Positions 1 through 15,200 of a stretch of DNA of 64,000 bases are shown here, one piece after another. Location of the stretch: positions 159,216,001-159,280,000 of the forward strand of contig OZ024740.1 in NCBI GenBank assembly GCA_964016885.1. The letters run 5' to 3'. The first letter of the stretch is position 1. Each line of letters starts with the position of its first letter. Under the pieces are notes generated by a model, which was not told the origin of the DNA, ran no database searches, and worked only from the letters and a program-made list of their open reading frames with translations. Made by a program: the position numbers and the translations under genes. The stretch is from Eledone cirrhosa. Its lineage: Eukaryota.

Positions 1-1275
1 GGCAACAGAAAAGGAGAATTCCCAGCTCTGTGAGCCGAGGAGCTGTGGCGCTGCTGAGAAAGGGGGATAACATTTTAGGAGGATAATAATTTTAGGCCCA
101 TAACTCTGCTAAACACAGAGTTCAAGATTTTGGCCAAGGTGCTAGCAAAGAGGTTGGCGCTTGTCGTTGGTGGTCTGGTGGGAGAGGCGCAGACATGCGC
201 CATTCCCGACAGATCCATCCACGACAACCTCCACCTCGTGCGATACATCGTAGAGAGGGTAGCTAGGGAATCTGGCACGGGTGGGTCTTTGATCAATTTA
301 GATCAGTCGAAAGCCTTCGATAGGGTCGACCATCGTTACCTAGCGGCAGTCCTGAGGGCGGCTGGCGTTTCAAAGGCTGGATCGCTGCCATGCACAGCGA
401 CATCTGCTCTGTGGTGAGAGCGAACGGTCACCTTTCGGAACCGTTCAACATCATACGCTCGGTCCGCCAAGGATGTCCCATCTCGAAGAACTTTCGGGCC
501 GGGCCTATGGACAACTTCCAGAAATCTCTGGCCTGGCAGTGCTACCGAGGAGCCTTGCCAGTTCGGGATAAACTCTACAGGCATGGAGGTGCCGTCAGCC
601 GGGCATGTCCGAGATACGCGCAGGGTGACGAAACCGTCCTGCACGCACTCGTCCAGTGTCCGAGCATTGCTGACTTGTGGGTTTATGTCGAACACCTGCT
701 GTCGCGTTTAGGACGGATCCGGCTATCATCTGAGTCCATCGTGAGGATTGCCCCGCCCTCCTCCTTTAGCTGGGAAGGGCAGGCAGTTTTTATCTGTCTG
801 GTGGCCATGGCGAAAGAGATAGTATGGTGGACACGTTTGAAAGGGCTGAAGACTAGCACTTACCTCTTCGGTGATGCTCTGATTGACTTTTTCAAATTTC
901 ATTTGAAAAGGAAAATCAGGGTAGAGAGGGAAGTGCTCTCTTCCCAGCATTTTGTTGAAAGATGGGTGAGAGAAGCAAGTATGGCCCGAATGAATGGGCC
1001 TTCTCTGAGTATGTGTCTGTAAAGTAAAGGTGGAAAACTGGGAGAGGGCACTTGCCGTGGTAGTCAGGGTCACTGTGGCTTTTTAATGGGCTTTCTCCAC
1101 GAATGTCCCCCGGAAGTCTCCCCCCTATTGGGGAATTTTTTCATTGTTCTATTATTACATCCTCTCTTTCTTGTTGTTTTTTTACACGCAGAAATGCTCT
1201 TTTGTACCGTCCTGTATTGTCCTGTACTGTCCTTAATGTCTACTTTGTGTAAACCCTTGTGGTTAATAAAGAAAA

Positions 1276-1276
<1 letters not shown>
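1..1276 (+). mobile_element. L1/Tx1-clade LINE, 3' portion with internal deletion (RT fragment, C-terminal Cys/His zinc-binding region, 3' UTR)
   Basis: ORFs 130-417 (LDQSKAFDRVDH) and 390-1022 (RQGCP joined directly to GPMDNFQKSLAW...CPR...ETVLHALVQC) match the intact copy at 33445-36327. The 3' UTR ends in AATAAAGAAAAC followed by (ATT)n. Confidence 0.93.

Positions 1277-1310
<34 letters not shown>
1277..1310 (+). repeat. (ATT)n microsatellite at Tx1 3' junction
   Basis: Seen directly. Confidence 0.98.
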
Positions 1311-1311
<1 letters not shown>

Positions 1312-1312
1312 A

Positions 1313-1530
1313 AGGGCGGTGGTTTGGCAGTCTCGGTACAGAGTCGGACGCCATGTTTTGCACCATAGAGTTAGGGCCATTTATGATCTGAGTTCAAATC
1401 CCGCCGAGGTTAACTTTGCCTTTCATCCTTTCGGGGTCGATAAAACAACGTACCATCACGCACTGGGGTCAATTTAATCGACTTTCCCCTCCCCCAAAAT
1501 TACTGGCCTTGTGCCTATTATAGAAATCAA
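1313..1530 (+). mobile_element. tRNA-derived SINE
   Basis: A-box-like TGGCAGTCTCGG, B-box GAGTTCAAATCC, conserved body (CTTTGCCTTTCATCCTTTCGGGGTCGATAA) and tail GGCCTTGTGCC...AGAAATCA. Many homologous copies occur in the window. Confidence 0.88.
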
Positions 1531-1623
1531 TATTATTATTGTTATTATCATCATTAGGGAGTAGGTAATCAAAAGATTACCTACTAGACTCCAGCTTAAA
1601 TCAAATGAATTTACCTCATTTGG

Positions 1624-1775
1624 AAGCGGTAAATTGGCAGAGTCTTTAGAATGTCGAATAGACTGCTTTGCGGTATGTGTTCCAGCTCATTGCTTTCTGA
1701 GTTCAAATCCTACGGAGATTACTTTTCTCTTTCATACATTCGTGGTTGATAAATAAAGTACCAGTCCAGCATAGT
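1624..1775 (+). mobile_element. degenerate tRNA-derived SINE
   Basis: TTGGCAGAG...CTGAGTTCAAATCC...GATAAATAAAGTACCAGT, homologous to 45708-45895. Confidence 0.7.
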
Positions 1776-3599
1776 GTCGATTCTATCTCTATATTTCTTT
1801 CGAATTTCCTCTCTATAATTTTCTTGTTCCTTGTCTTGAAGAAACCGGCAGTTTTTAGACTTGGAGAAGGATTGATCTGTCAGGATTCAAATATGCAAGG
1901 CAAGACGTATGTCATTATGGCACCCATAACACTCTAACATGAATTACGGCTCTATACAGACATACTTCATTCCTGAACTAAGACTATTTAAGCGAGACAG
2001 AGAAATAAATGTCCTTCTCTAAGATCAACACCCATGTGTTTCGCAATGCAATCTAGTCTGCTGCAGAAAATGTGCTTAGCAGAATATATACCAAACGAAT
2101 AGTGCTGTTTAGTAACAATTCCAAACGGACTTTAATATGTGTAAAATTCTACAATGGCATGTACAATAAACCCAAGAAAAGGTATATCTTCTAATGCACC
2201 GAAATGTGTGTTAGTCAGTGTTATTAGAGATAACAGTCTGTTTGGGACTACATATACCAGAGAGGGAGATTTGGCTGTCATTTCAAGTAGGCCGTGTTAC
2301 CATATAGAACTGTAGTGAGGAAACCTTTTACTACCAGATATAAATTGCAAGTGCGTAAGAAGTTGGAGTCGGGATAATCTGTAATGAGAAAAATAATGAA
2401 TCATTCATATCACAAATTCATAACTATACACGAGGAAAAACTAAATAACGTTAATTAAAATGTTATAATTACATTAATGAAACATAGTTGTAATTATTTA
2501 AAAACAAAAACGTTGAGAAGTGGCCTGAAAGACACAATGATGGAACAATGCCACACAAATTCTATAGTTAACGGAATATGTGGTGCGGCTGTCATTGAGT
2601 CTGACATAATTCGACAGAAGATGAAGGAAATGCTACAATGTTTGTTTGAATTTTATTAAAACTTCCAGCCTTGCATATTAATGGTCGTTTCTAATTTGAT
2701 TTGGACAGCTCAGAGATTTTAGATTGGATTTAGCAGGCACTGATTCTTTGTCAGTTTTCAAAATTATTATCTGTAAGTCTAATACACCAAATAATTTTAG
2801 GTTGAATTTTACTTTTGAGAAAAACCATACACATCGGTAATGTGAGATTGATCAAAAGTAGTTATTTTTCAATGTCAACATAGGATTTATAAAACTCCAA
2901 GTTAGATAAAATACTAAATTTTGGCATCAAAATTATTATCTGTGTGTCTAGCTTCCAAAGGGTTCATGAATACATATATTGTAGAAAAAAAGCTGTTCAA
3001 ATCAGTAAGTGGCAGAAAACAGTGTTGCAATTTTCAATGCACGAATATTCATAAATTGATATTTTCACTATCTATATGGATTTATATCATTCACAAATAG
3101 ATAAGCTATTAAATGTGGAAATCAAAGTGTTATCCAGTTGCAAGGAATTATAAGCTTTATCTGACATCACATCGAACGAGGTCACATATATTCATATTTC
3201 AGACCTATAAGTTTGTAAATCTAGAAACCACTTTCAGATTTGATCAAAAGGATTGGTATCCTTAATAGAATACTCCACTATCGATTCTGGTTTTTGTTAT
3301 ACCAATGTTGGGAAATGCAGTATCTAGTGATTATCAGTTGTTACGAACAGTTGTAACATTGACTTAAAACTTCTGATATTGAAAAAAGAAAGATAATATA
3401 CTTATAAACTTCGACCATTTATGCGACTAGAGGTATCGACTAAAAATGCCAACTCATTTAACCATTTTTGGTTCTATAATTTCCTAATGATAATGTCTAT
3501 AAAATCTTTGAACCTTGCAGCTCTTTTGAATCATAGAAGCGTCTGAGCTTTTGGGAAGGTACCCCTTACGTAACCAACGAATCTCACGATACATTTTCT

Positions 3600-4480
3600 A
3601 AGGGCCAATCCTTTATTTAATGAAAGAAATATGTTTCGTTCGTACTCACATTACATTGTCCATTCATAGAAAATGTGACTGTAAGTTTTGTCGATGAGTA
3701 AGAAAACTAATAAGGTGGATGGTTCCCCAATTTATTTTTGAGTAAATCAACAAGAGCTTTTGAAATTGTAAATGAACCTCTGGTTTTTCCATATCACTGA
3801 TTTCATCTTTGTAAAACTATCTTCACAAATGGTAGTCATGAATCGATTTTGAAGCAAGCAAATCTTTCTGTACCGTAAACATTAGTGTCATTATTAATAC
3901 ACCTGTTGCTTCAACTAAATCTGTATGAATAAAATATAAATTCTGATGATTCTTGTTTCAAGAATACTCAGGTATAGTTAACCTTTTTCTTTTTACAAAT
4001 AGAAAATTTTCTCTGCGATAAATTAATGTTATTTAGCAACAACATATATACAACTTTAACAAATTTGCGTTCGGTATGTGTTGCTTTTACTTTCTTTGCA
4101 ATTAGCTCACGCACTTCATAATTACCTTTCGTTACGGAAGTATTTCATTAATATTTCTTTTGAAGATAAATTACTCTTTGCACAAAGATTATTTCTTACA
4201 AAAGCTAGCTTGTCGAAGCATAAATATTCGCAGCTTTTTATATTACACGTGCTTTGTCAAAGATTGATGTTCAGTATTCAACAAAAGAATGTTCTCTGGC
4301 AACAATTTTTCTTTTGTTCATTTTACAATATTGATTTAAAATATTTAATATAAAAAAATGCAAATTGATTGTATATCTTGCCAGCACTTCAAATATTGTA
4401 CTTAATTTGTAATGTTGCAATCAACAAGTAGCCTTGAGAAAACTTTAATTGACATTGACCAATCATGACATACTTAATGA
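3600..4480 (-). mobile_element. decayed hAT (GTF2IRD2/SPIN/Buster-like) transposase remnant
   Basis: The minus strand reads NYEVRELIAKKVKATH, resembling the ASYxVxxLIAKxxKPH/F motif of these transposases. Homologous to 5830-6720. Confidence 0.5.
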
Positions 4481-5829
4481 GTGTTTGGGGGGAAAATACT
4501 AGATGCTAATAGTTTTTTCAAATATGAATTGGAGTTGTTAGTGTTGTTTAGCCCCAAGCCAACTATCATGCAGAAAAACTATGAGAAAAGGCTTTTCGAT
4601 CGTGACTATTCTGTTTTTTGAGGGAATCTAGAAATATTATAATACATCACGGTCATTTTTCTATAACTTCGATGGAATATAATTCGAGAGGGATTTAGCG
4701 GATACGCATAGCAGGTCGCGAACCATGTTGAGATTCCCTCGCTAACTAGAAAACGAGAACGAGGAGTTTAGTGGAAAGAAAAGTATTAGTAGTGTAAAAC
4801 TGGTGGTGGTGGTAGTGATACTAGTTAGGATTGGAGCAACATTGAGATGAGTTAAAGAAAAACAGCCTTTTTAAAATCCGAAGTGATAGAGTATATTGCT
4901 TATTGTCGAACATAACAATTCATACAAATACACGTATGTGTGAGTGCCCGTACATTTATTCCCACACTTTGCTATTGTGAGGCATAAAAAGGAATGGTAC
5001 ATGTAGACAGAGAGTTGGAGACTAATCTAGAGAGAGGTGGCCGTGAGACAGAAGAACAGAAATATTGACACAAACAAAACAAAGACAAACAGACAGGTGG
5101 CCAGAGAACAAATAGACAGGTAACAACGAGAGAAAGAAAAAGAGAAATAGATTAGAGATGAACATCTGTTGGGAAGATTATATAGGTAAAGTGGGATAGG
5201 AAGAATAAACTAACTAAACAAAGAATTCCCACAATTCGCAATAAAAGCTCATTGGCACCTTCCTCTTGATCTATTCTTTCACCTTACAATATATTCCACG
5301 ACTATGCAATGACATTATTACTTAAATCTATTTATTCAGCGCAGGTCGCATAAAAAAGCTAACTAAAAAACTATTTTATGTTGATTTTATTTTTGTTTAT
5401 TGCTTCAGTCAAGAGGTAGTGCTGTCCATACGAGCTATTTTATGGCACTCAATGACTAATAGGAGAAAGGGAGGTATTCCGAAGTCATAGATCTGGTCGG
5501 AATGCTTGGAATACAATGGGCTCCGCTAAAATTATCCAAGGGTCAGGTCGTTATATGAAATTGAGCGATCGATTAAATACTCCTAAGTAGGTCACGGTAG
5601 TATATGAATTCAAGGCAAAGAGTTGAGACAACTACACAAGGCAACCTGTCTGGTGCTTTATCAATTCCGCTAGTCGACTGATAATTTATTTCTTGAATCC
5701 AGATGAAGATGAAGTTTACAATTGTAGGATTTGAACAGTAGGTTTCAATTTTTTTTTAGATAAATATAAATACTTGAAATTGAACGATACTGTATGGTAG
5801 AACCAGGGATGGTTTCAAGCGGTTTGATA

Positions 5830-6720
<891 letters not shown>

Positions 6721-7387
6721 ATCTAATATGATGAAGACTACATCACACAATAAGGTGTTTTCAGGGAAGGAGGAGAAAGAGTTTAATGCTTAATAAGCTG
6801 TATTAAAAGTGTGAGTATTAGGTTACCAATTTGTACTTATTGCCACACATAATTGGTGGATCTTTTGTCGATAGGCTTAAGTTGTTCGATTCCCTGAACG
6901 TCTAACCCATTATTTAAAATGTACATGGTAGAATTAGGGGGGGGGGGGTTAATTTACAAATCTGCAGACTCAATTTCCGGGCCCCTTTTAATATATGTAG
7001 TGACCCATACCATTCACTGAAATCATACTAAAACTTTTTCTCGAGGGCCGGAACCCCCCTGTACATACCCCCTGAATTTGAGGATGGTCGAAAAGAAGGA
7101 AAAGTCCGCTATTATTGCACCTATACTCGATATTCTTTCGTTACAAGGCGGGGTTTTGGGGGTCGATAAACTCATTTATGGTATTGTTTTTGCATTACGA
7201 CCATCCAATATGCCGGAAATCCAGGATGCCGGATATGGGAAACTTATTGAACCAACTATATTGACTAATATATCATTTTTCATGAATGGCATATTTTAAA
7301 CGCATTTCCGAAGACAAAATGAGCTTAACTCTGGTCTATGGCTTGAAAAAATTATTATGCATGAATCATTGGTACATTATCATTGGT

Positions 7388-8500
7388 TTATTTTGAATTA
7401 TAATTGTTCAACAAGTGATCTAAAGCATCCGTTTTGCAGCTGACTTTCTCCAGATAAACCCTCAGATTTCGCACGTAAGTATCCACATCTAGTTTCCGAT
7501 AATTCCTTTTCAGTTTGAAAATGTCGCTGGTTTTTGGTATCAATAGCGAAGTATTCCTTGCATATCTAATTTCTAAATACAACCTTTCTATTTTATCTGT
7601 TTCCGAAGCTGTATCGCTCTCCATATATGTATCTATCTCCTCCTTTTTAGATAATCAAGGTCCTTGTTTCGTCGCTTGTCGGTGGCGATATTGGCATTTT
7701 CCTTGGTTGCGAGGCCTTCGCGTGTCAACTCCTCCTGTCTTACAGTCCATGCTTTCATAATTTCAGGTATTTGACCGCCTTTTCTAACCAACTTCCTGTA
7801 TTTGACGAAAGACCCCGACTCATTTTCGATCAGGTCTTTAGCCTTCATCTTTACTTGAGATGAAGAAGCGGCGGCCAATTGTTTGGCGCCTCGGCGAGTC
7901 AATTCGTAATTAATAAAGCACACGCCTCTTTCTGAATCGAGGTTGTGAATAGGCGCTTTTTCAGGTTTGGCAGTGTCCATCTTTGATAAGGCGTATGGAG
8001 AATCGCAAGCTTCTCCAAATCCGAATATGTCGCCCTTTTGCTTCTGGAGCCATCACCCAACTTCGGTAAGAGCACCTTTATGACTTTGAGTACATCATCT
8101 CTCAACTCGCTGGTCGCTGCATTTATGGCATCGCACATTTCGTCATCATATCGGATCTGTCTGAAACATTCTTCTGATACGAAACTCAAAGCTGGTTGGT
8201 CGGTAGATAATGATTTGCTGGGATCAATATGTATCAAATCGTCGTAGATCTTATTGAATGCTATCACCAGTTTGGGATAGTCTGTCGCTTGTGCAGTCGT
8301 GAGTGATAAGAATGGCTCTACCAAATGTAATCCGATGATAGCTCCACTGCAGAACAACACCCGGAAGAAGTCCATATTCATAAAACAGCGCACTATGCAC
8401 GCCAACTGGTTAGTTACATGCTCGAATTTCTGAACGTATGCGGCTACATCGTCTAGGTGATACAGCGTAACTGCACAAGTTATGGTAAGCCGATTGAACT
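7388..8500 (-). pseudogene. frameshifted C-terminal part of a probable DNA transposase (superfamily uncertain)
   Basis: Three consecutive minus-strand ORFs (7899-8405, 7633-7980, 7388-7624) read as one disrupted protein. HNLDSERGV resembles the N-x-x-x-ER catalytic-glutamate motif of RNase H-fold transposases. Confidence 0.45.
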
Positions 8501-9489
8501 ATTCTACTAGAATATTCTATATTCACGACTATTTTAATATAATTCCCGTGCCGATTCAGCACGAAACAGTAAATAACAAAGTTGGATCTTTGAATCTTAG
8601 ACGTAATCCCTCAGAACAAACACGGTAGTACTAGGATTCAATATATAATCTTCCTCTTCAGCTGTCCTAACAATCTCATCATAATTTCTCAGTTTCTCTC
8701 TGACTTCAACTATAGATACATCTTCAGTTTCTACTTTAACCTCTCTTTGCTGATCACCTGCAGGTTCCCTTACACCTTTACTAATTCGAATTATTTCTCC
8801 CTCAGTTAATCCTTCCTTCTAATCACCTTTACTTAATTAATTAGTTCACTTTCTGACATTGAAAACGTGTCCCTTTCCATTCAAAAGCCCAACGTATGCC
8901 GCTCTACTCCATGATTTCCCTCCAGTTTTGTTCTCTCATGACATTAAATGAGTGTAGCAAACTCTTCCTTCGTCCACATCTGTCTAGCTAAGCGCACAAT
9001 ATTTGTTTGATTGTTTGATTGGTAAAGACCGTCCGGGGCAAAATCCCTTCATTTATTAAGGAGGACTCAAATCATGCCGGGCCTTTTCGTTCAAGTTATT
9101 TTTCTTCTTTTTTGTTACTTCTTTCTTGGACATCCTCTGGTCTGTTGTCTCTTCTTTTACCAAGAAAAAAGCCTCTACATGGTTATACTGCTTGCTAGAA
9201 ATAGCAGCCAAAGGCGACGGCGATGATGATGATGATGATGATGATGATAAAAGGATTAAAATGATGGATTAGTCATGGATGGAATTACTTTGATTATGGA
9301 TCAACTGGATCAGGGTTGATTCGCAGCTAATCGACAACAAACACCTGCAAGTGCTAAATACAGTGTATGATGTATGTGTGTATATATGTATGTTTACATG
9401 CAGGCATGTGCACATCAGTTTCTACAAGTACCTATAGAAACTGTTGTATTACTGGAGGATCACTGATAACTCTCGGACACATATTTGTG

Positions 9490-9746
9490 TAGACAGCTCT
9501 TCTCCATTTGAACACAGTCTTCCACGTTGATTAGATCTCTTCCATATTCAACTCTCCTTAAGTATAGTCAATTAACATCATCCTTCTTATGAAACATATT
9601 GTTGGTGGACATTAATTTCCTTGTCTTTCTATTCATTTTTTGGGGGGCTCGTTTACCTTTTTTGCTCGTTTACATTCTATTTAAGAATTCCCATACGGTA
9701 CCGAACAATAGACACAGCTCGGGAATTTACTGCACATATAGTATTT
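9490..9746 (-). mobile_element. old fragments of R4/Dong family A
   Basis: 9694-9746 resembles 11001-11055, and 9495-9540 resembles 10818-10862. Confidence 0.6.
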
Positions 9747-9782
<36 letters not shown>

Positions 9783-9783
9783 T

Positions 9784-9850
<67 letters not shown>
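9747..9850 (+). repeat. (TAC)n microsatellite
   Basis: Seen directly. Confidence 0.97.
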
Positions 9851-9870
9851 GATAATTATATTATTATTAT

Positions 9871-11882
9871 TGTTCTTTGAGTCTCAGTCATTGATGTTAT
9901 TTAACTGTAAAGTTTGTTGAAATGAATATCAATCCACTACCTCAGATATTCAGGACGTATCGGAGGGTTCTTGTTGTTCCAAGCAAGCATGCCTTTTGAA
10001 GTGTTCCAAAAAGCGGGGCAGGACCAATTTTCTTTAACCATCCTTGGAAACTCTTTGAGATAGTACCTAGTGCGCCTATGACAATCGGGACCACTTTGAC
10101 CTCATGGCAGTTCCAAATCCTATTTACCTCCCACTTTAAGTCCTGGTATCGCTTAATTTTCTCCCTCTCCTTCTCTTGCACTCTCGAGCCGAATGGGCAG
10201 GCCACATCCACAATCAGGCACAATCTTTTTCCCTTGTCCAAAACCACCAGGTCAGGTCTATTGTGTTCCAGTTTCTTGTCCGTCTGTATCCTAAAATCCC
10301 ACAGCACCTTCACCTGATTGTTCTCCATCACCGACTCTGGCTTATGCATATACCACTTCTCAAAATGTGGTAAATTGTTTATTTTGCATAGGTGCCAGTG
10401 GATCACCCTCCCCATACATCATGTCTCCAGTCTTTATAGTGAGTCTGGGCTAGGTGTTTACACTCGGATACAATGTGAGCCACAGTCTCCTCTCTCTCTC
10501 CACAGTATCTGCACAGTGGGCTAGCCTCCTTCTTGTAAATATGGTGTTACAGCCACTTCGTTTTGAGGGCGTGCTCTTGCGCAGCCATTAGCATTCATTC
10601 TGTAGCCTTTTTAAGGTTTCCTCTTTTCAACCAGTTCCATGACTGTGGATCTCTGAATTCAGTTTTCTCAAAAAAAGTACTATGAAGGGATTTTTCATGA
10701 AGGCTGATCTTTCTCCTTGTTGTTATTTCCTCCTTGGACATCCTCTGGGGTATTGTCCTCTCCTTTAGTAAAATTCTGAGCATTGGCTCCCTACTATCAG
10801 TCACGTATTTCTGTAGGTTGTTTTTCTCCATCTGAACACAGTCCTCTATGCTGATAAGACCTCTTCCACCTTCAGATGTCCTTAAGTAGAGTCTATCGAC
10901 ATCACTCCTCTTGTGGAACATGTTGTAGATAGTCAATAGCTTCCTAGTCTTCCTATCCATTTCTTTTTGTTCAGCAACATTTCATCTCAGAATTCCCGCA
11001 CTGTACCTAATAATAGACACAGCTCGGGAATTTACTGCACTTATGGCATTCCTACTGTTCAGATGTGACTTTAATACGCTCCCTACTCTCCGAATGTATT
11101 CAGATCTTATCAATTCCTTCATTTTTTTGTTCTTGATGTCATCAGCCTCCAGAACGCCCAAATACTTGTATACTTCCTCTGAGTCAATTTCCTTTATCAT
11201 CTCACCTGTTGGTATCTGGATTCCGTTACTTCTGCTCAACTTACCCCTCCTCATCACAATGACTCCACACTTACTAATACAAAATTGCATACATATATCA
11301 TTGCTGAAAATACGGACAGTGTCAACAAGCACATCCAACTCCTTCTCACTCTTCCCGACGAGCTTAAGATCGTCCATGAAGAGGAGGTGATTGATGGTAA
11401 GCCCTCCCTTTCCCAACCTGTATCCTGCTCTCACTTTTCGCAGTACACTGGTCAGGGGCATCAGGGCAAGGACAAACAACAGAGGGGACAGTCTATCTCC
11501 CTGGAAGATACCTCTCTTGATCTTCACTCTTCCCAAGGATTCTCCAGTTGATGTTAACTCTGTTTCCCAGGACTTCATACTTTTGCCCAACAACTGTCTG
11601 ATGCTATCTGCCACCTTGAAGATCTCCAGGCTTTTGGTGATCCAAGAATGAGGCACCATGTCAAATGCCTTTTTGTAGTCTATCCATCCCATGGCAAGAC
11701 CAGTGTGTCTCCTCTTGCAATTCCTCATTACCATCTTATCAATAAGTAACTGGTCCTTTGTACCACGGGACTTCTTTCGGCATCCTTTCGGTTCGTCCGA
11801 TAACAAGTTGTTTGTGTTTGAGGTGATGGTAGATTTCCTCAGACATAATGCTTGTCAACAGTTTCCACATTACGGACAGACA
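9871..11882 (-). mobile_element. R4/Dong-clade non-LTR retrotransposon, family A (RT plus restriction-like endonuclease), disrupted
   Basis: RT motifs [19 protein letters not shown] and LLFMDDLK (10982-11806). RLE motifs WDFRIQTD..LEHNRPDLV, DVACP and EKIKRYQDL (9942-10415). Confidence 0.9.

Positions 11883-12235
<353 letters not shown>

Positions 12236-12294
<59 letters not shown>
12236..12294 (+). repeat. (ATT)n microsatellite preceding the full-length Tx1
   Basis: Seen directly. Confidence 0.98.
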
Positions 12295-15200
12295 GAAGGT
12301 TAAGCCACGCTTCTTATCGCCTCCAGTTTTTTTTCAACAGTTTACCTCGTTTTCAACCGTTCTAAACCTTTTATTCAAGTTTTAAACTTGATAAAAGTTT
12401 AGAAGAAGTGACCCACCTAATATAGGGGTTCACTCGTAAATAATACGGCACCCCTTTACGGGGTGTCGTATTATGTAAAAATATTATTTGAAAAAAAAAT
12501 TTCTTTCAACATGGATAACACAAGAAAGAGAGAGAGAGCGCTGTCAGACAACACAGAGAGAGGGAGACTTTGTCAACATATCAACAAGACAGCGTTCTAG
12601 CGAAGGTAAATATAAAAGAAAATATTACGAAGGAAAAGAGGAACAATATCATTTTTAATGATATTGTTACAGATTTAAAATTACCAAATATTCTAACACA
12701 AACAACACCAACAATAACACCAACAACAACACCATCAATAACAACAGCAACAAGAAAAATAACAACGGTAACGTCGAGAACGACAATAACAATGACAATA
12801 ACACAACGACAATAACAATGACAATAACAACAGCCACAACAACAATAATAGTAGGAACAGTATCAACAAAAACAACAATAATAACAACAGCCACAATAAC
12901 AGTAACAACAGCAACAGTATCAACGAAAACAACAACAACAACACCAACAACTGTACCAACGAAAACATCAACAATGACATCGATACCTGTAACAGCGATC
13001 TCAGCTCGACCAATAAGACCAGTAGCGGCAGTAATAGTGGTGCTGCTGAAAAAGGGACCACTTCTTTTGCAGGTGTCGCCCGAAATATCGAGACTGTTAG
13101 TCACAGAGGATGAGATGGCAGTCGCAAGGGCCATGGTGACAAGAAGCGCCAATAGAGTCTCCCTGAAACCCCCACCCAATTTTTTCAAGGACCAGCAGCT
13201 ACGGACGCTGACTTACCACACCGTAAGCAAAATCTCACATCGGGTGGAGAGAGCCACGGAGGCTCAAATCCAAAAGGCCTTGGTGTGCGTCTGGGCGCGC
13301 AAAACCCACATCACCTGAGGCAGAAAGTACGCCACAGTAGACGTACTTTTCTCCACCCACCAAGAAGCGAAGTCTCACTCTTTGGAAACCCTAACGAGTG
13401 AGGAGATAGTCTTGGTGCCCTCCTACAGCAGGCAGAAAATTGTGATGGTCAATGTGACCCAGGTCCAACCCAACGTGCTCATACTTTGGCTGGCCGCGCC
13501 TGTCCTTGCTGGAATCGAGGACAGGACGACCATGCTGCAACTAGAGAAAATAGGGAGAGAGAACTGGTCAAGTATAGGCATACAAATACTTATACAAACT
13601 GACCAGGAATGTATCGACACTATCCCCGATTTCATAGACCTCGAGGAAGGACTCGAACTCCCTATAAGCGTGGAAGGAAGACGGCCAAAATGGTATCTCT
13701 GTGGGTCAAAGGGTCACCTCAGGGCCTTTTGCCCGCAGAAGACAGCGAAGAAGAAGGCCATTCTCCTTCCAATTCCTGGTCCGCTGTTAGCAAAAGCAGG
13801 GCAGGCAAAATGCAGAAGCCCCTTGTACGTTGAGTAGGAGGGCAACGTCTGTAGCACCCGTACCAAGGCCACGGACAACTAAAGTAGCAGCATCAGTGGC
13901 GGCAACACCAGTAGCGACATTTGCAGTAGCTGCACCAGCAACAAAATCGCCGGAGAGGGCTCCACTACCACCACTAACAGCCGTGGAGCACATACCCCTC
14001 CCAGACGCCACGGAATCCGATATGGAGTCTGAGGCTCGACTGAAGAGGCAAACGGTCTGCCACAAAAAAGAAAAAAAGATAAAAACCCTTAGCTTCTCCC
14101 TCCAAAAGCGAAGGCAAACAAAGAGGGTTAAAGGCTGCAAGGAGACTTGCAGCAACACCACCACCAACAACAACCACACCACCACCAGCATCACCAAAAA
14201 CACTAACAACGCAAACACAACAAAACACACACACCCAACAGCAACAAGAAGAAAGCAGCAACAAAATAACCCCTCCTCCCAAAAAGTACACAGCCATAAA
14301 CTTGGCAAATAAAGAACTGATACAACATATAAAGCAGCACACAGACATCACAGAAAAAAACTACTACACCCCACCAACACCAAGAACTCTCCCGACAAAC
14401 ATAAGCATCATTGATATCAAAATAGAACAGTACAGACTTTTAAAACAAAAAATTCACCACCGCAGTTGGAGACTTCAGAGGGTCGGTTACCAAGAAGATA
14501 TACACTGACATCCTCTTGGAAACACCCATGACCATCCAAAGGGACGGTTCTACTGTCCCTTCACCACACGATCAAAGTAAGTGACCCTTTCTCACTTGCC
14601 CCGTTTCTCATCCAACAAGGCCGTACTTAGACTAGCCAGTATAAATGCATGTGGCCTGGGGTCATCTTGCTCAACGACCTCAGGTCACTAAACATAGATG
14701 TGGTGGCCATCAGCGAGACCAGAATCTCCGAAGCACGAGCCTTCGCACCGATCTTCGGCAGCTACGATGTATACGCATCTCCCAGCCGTCCAGGATCGGG
14801 GATGGGGTTGCCGTCCTTTTTCGGAGAGGCTTGGATCTCGCCATAAGGCCATCTTCCTGGATCCAGAAGGTAAGTCGGTGGTGCTGGACGTGACCGGCAG
14901 CGAAGGCAATGCTTTCAGTATAGTAGCCGTCTACGCCCCAACAGGGGCAGGACGGCCAGATTTCTTCAGACGTCCAGAGACCTTGGAACGTCCCGCTCTT
15001 AGGTTTAGTGGGCAACTGGAACGGTATCTTGGATGCACGCTGGGATTTTGTGGGGCTAGTGGATAGGGAAGGAGGGTGCAAGAGCCTCACCAACTTGCTC
15101 AGACGTTTTGAAATGTCTGACAGGTATCTACTGGATCACCCGAATGTGCCAATGTGGACATGGACAAACCGCATCGGGTCATCCAGATCGTATATCGATA

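Noticed and set aside
2740-3150. Three degenerate repeats spaced about 165-195 bp apart that might encode LRRs
   Set aside because: No consistent reading frame or LRR consensus; more likely old transposon-internal repeats.
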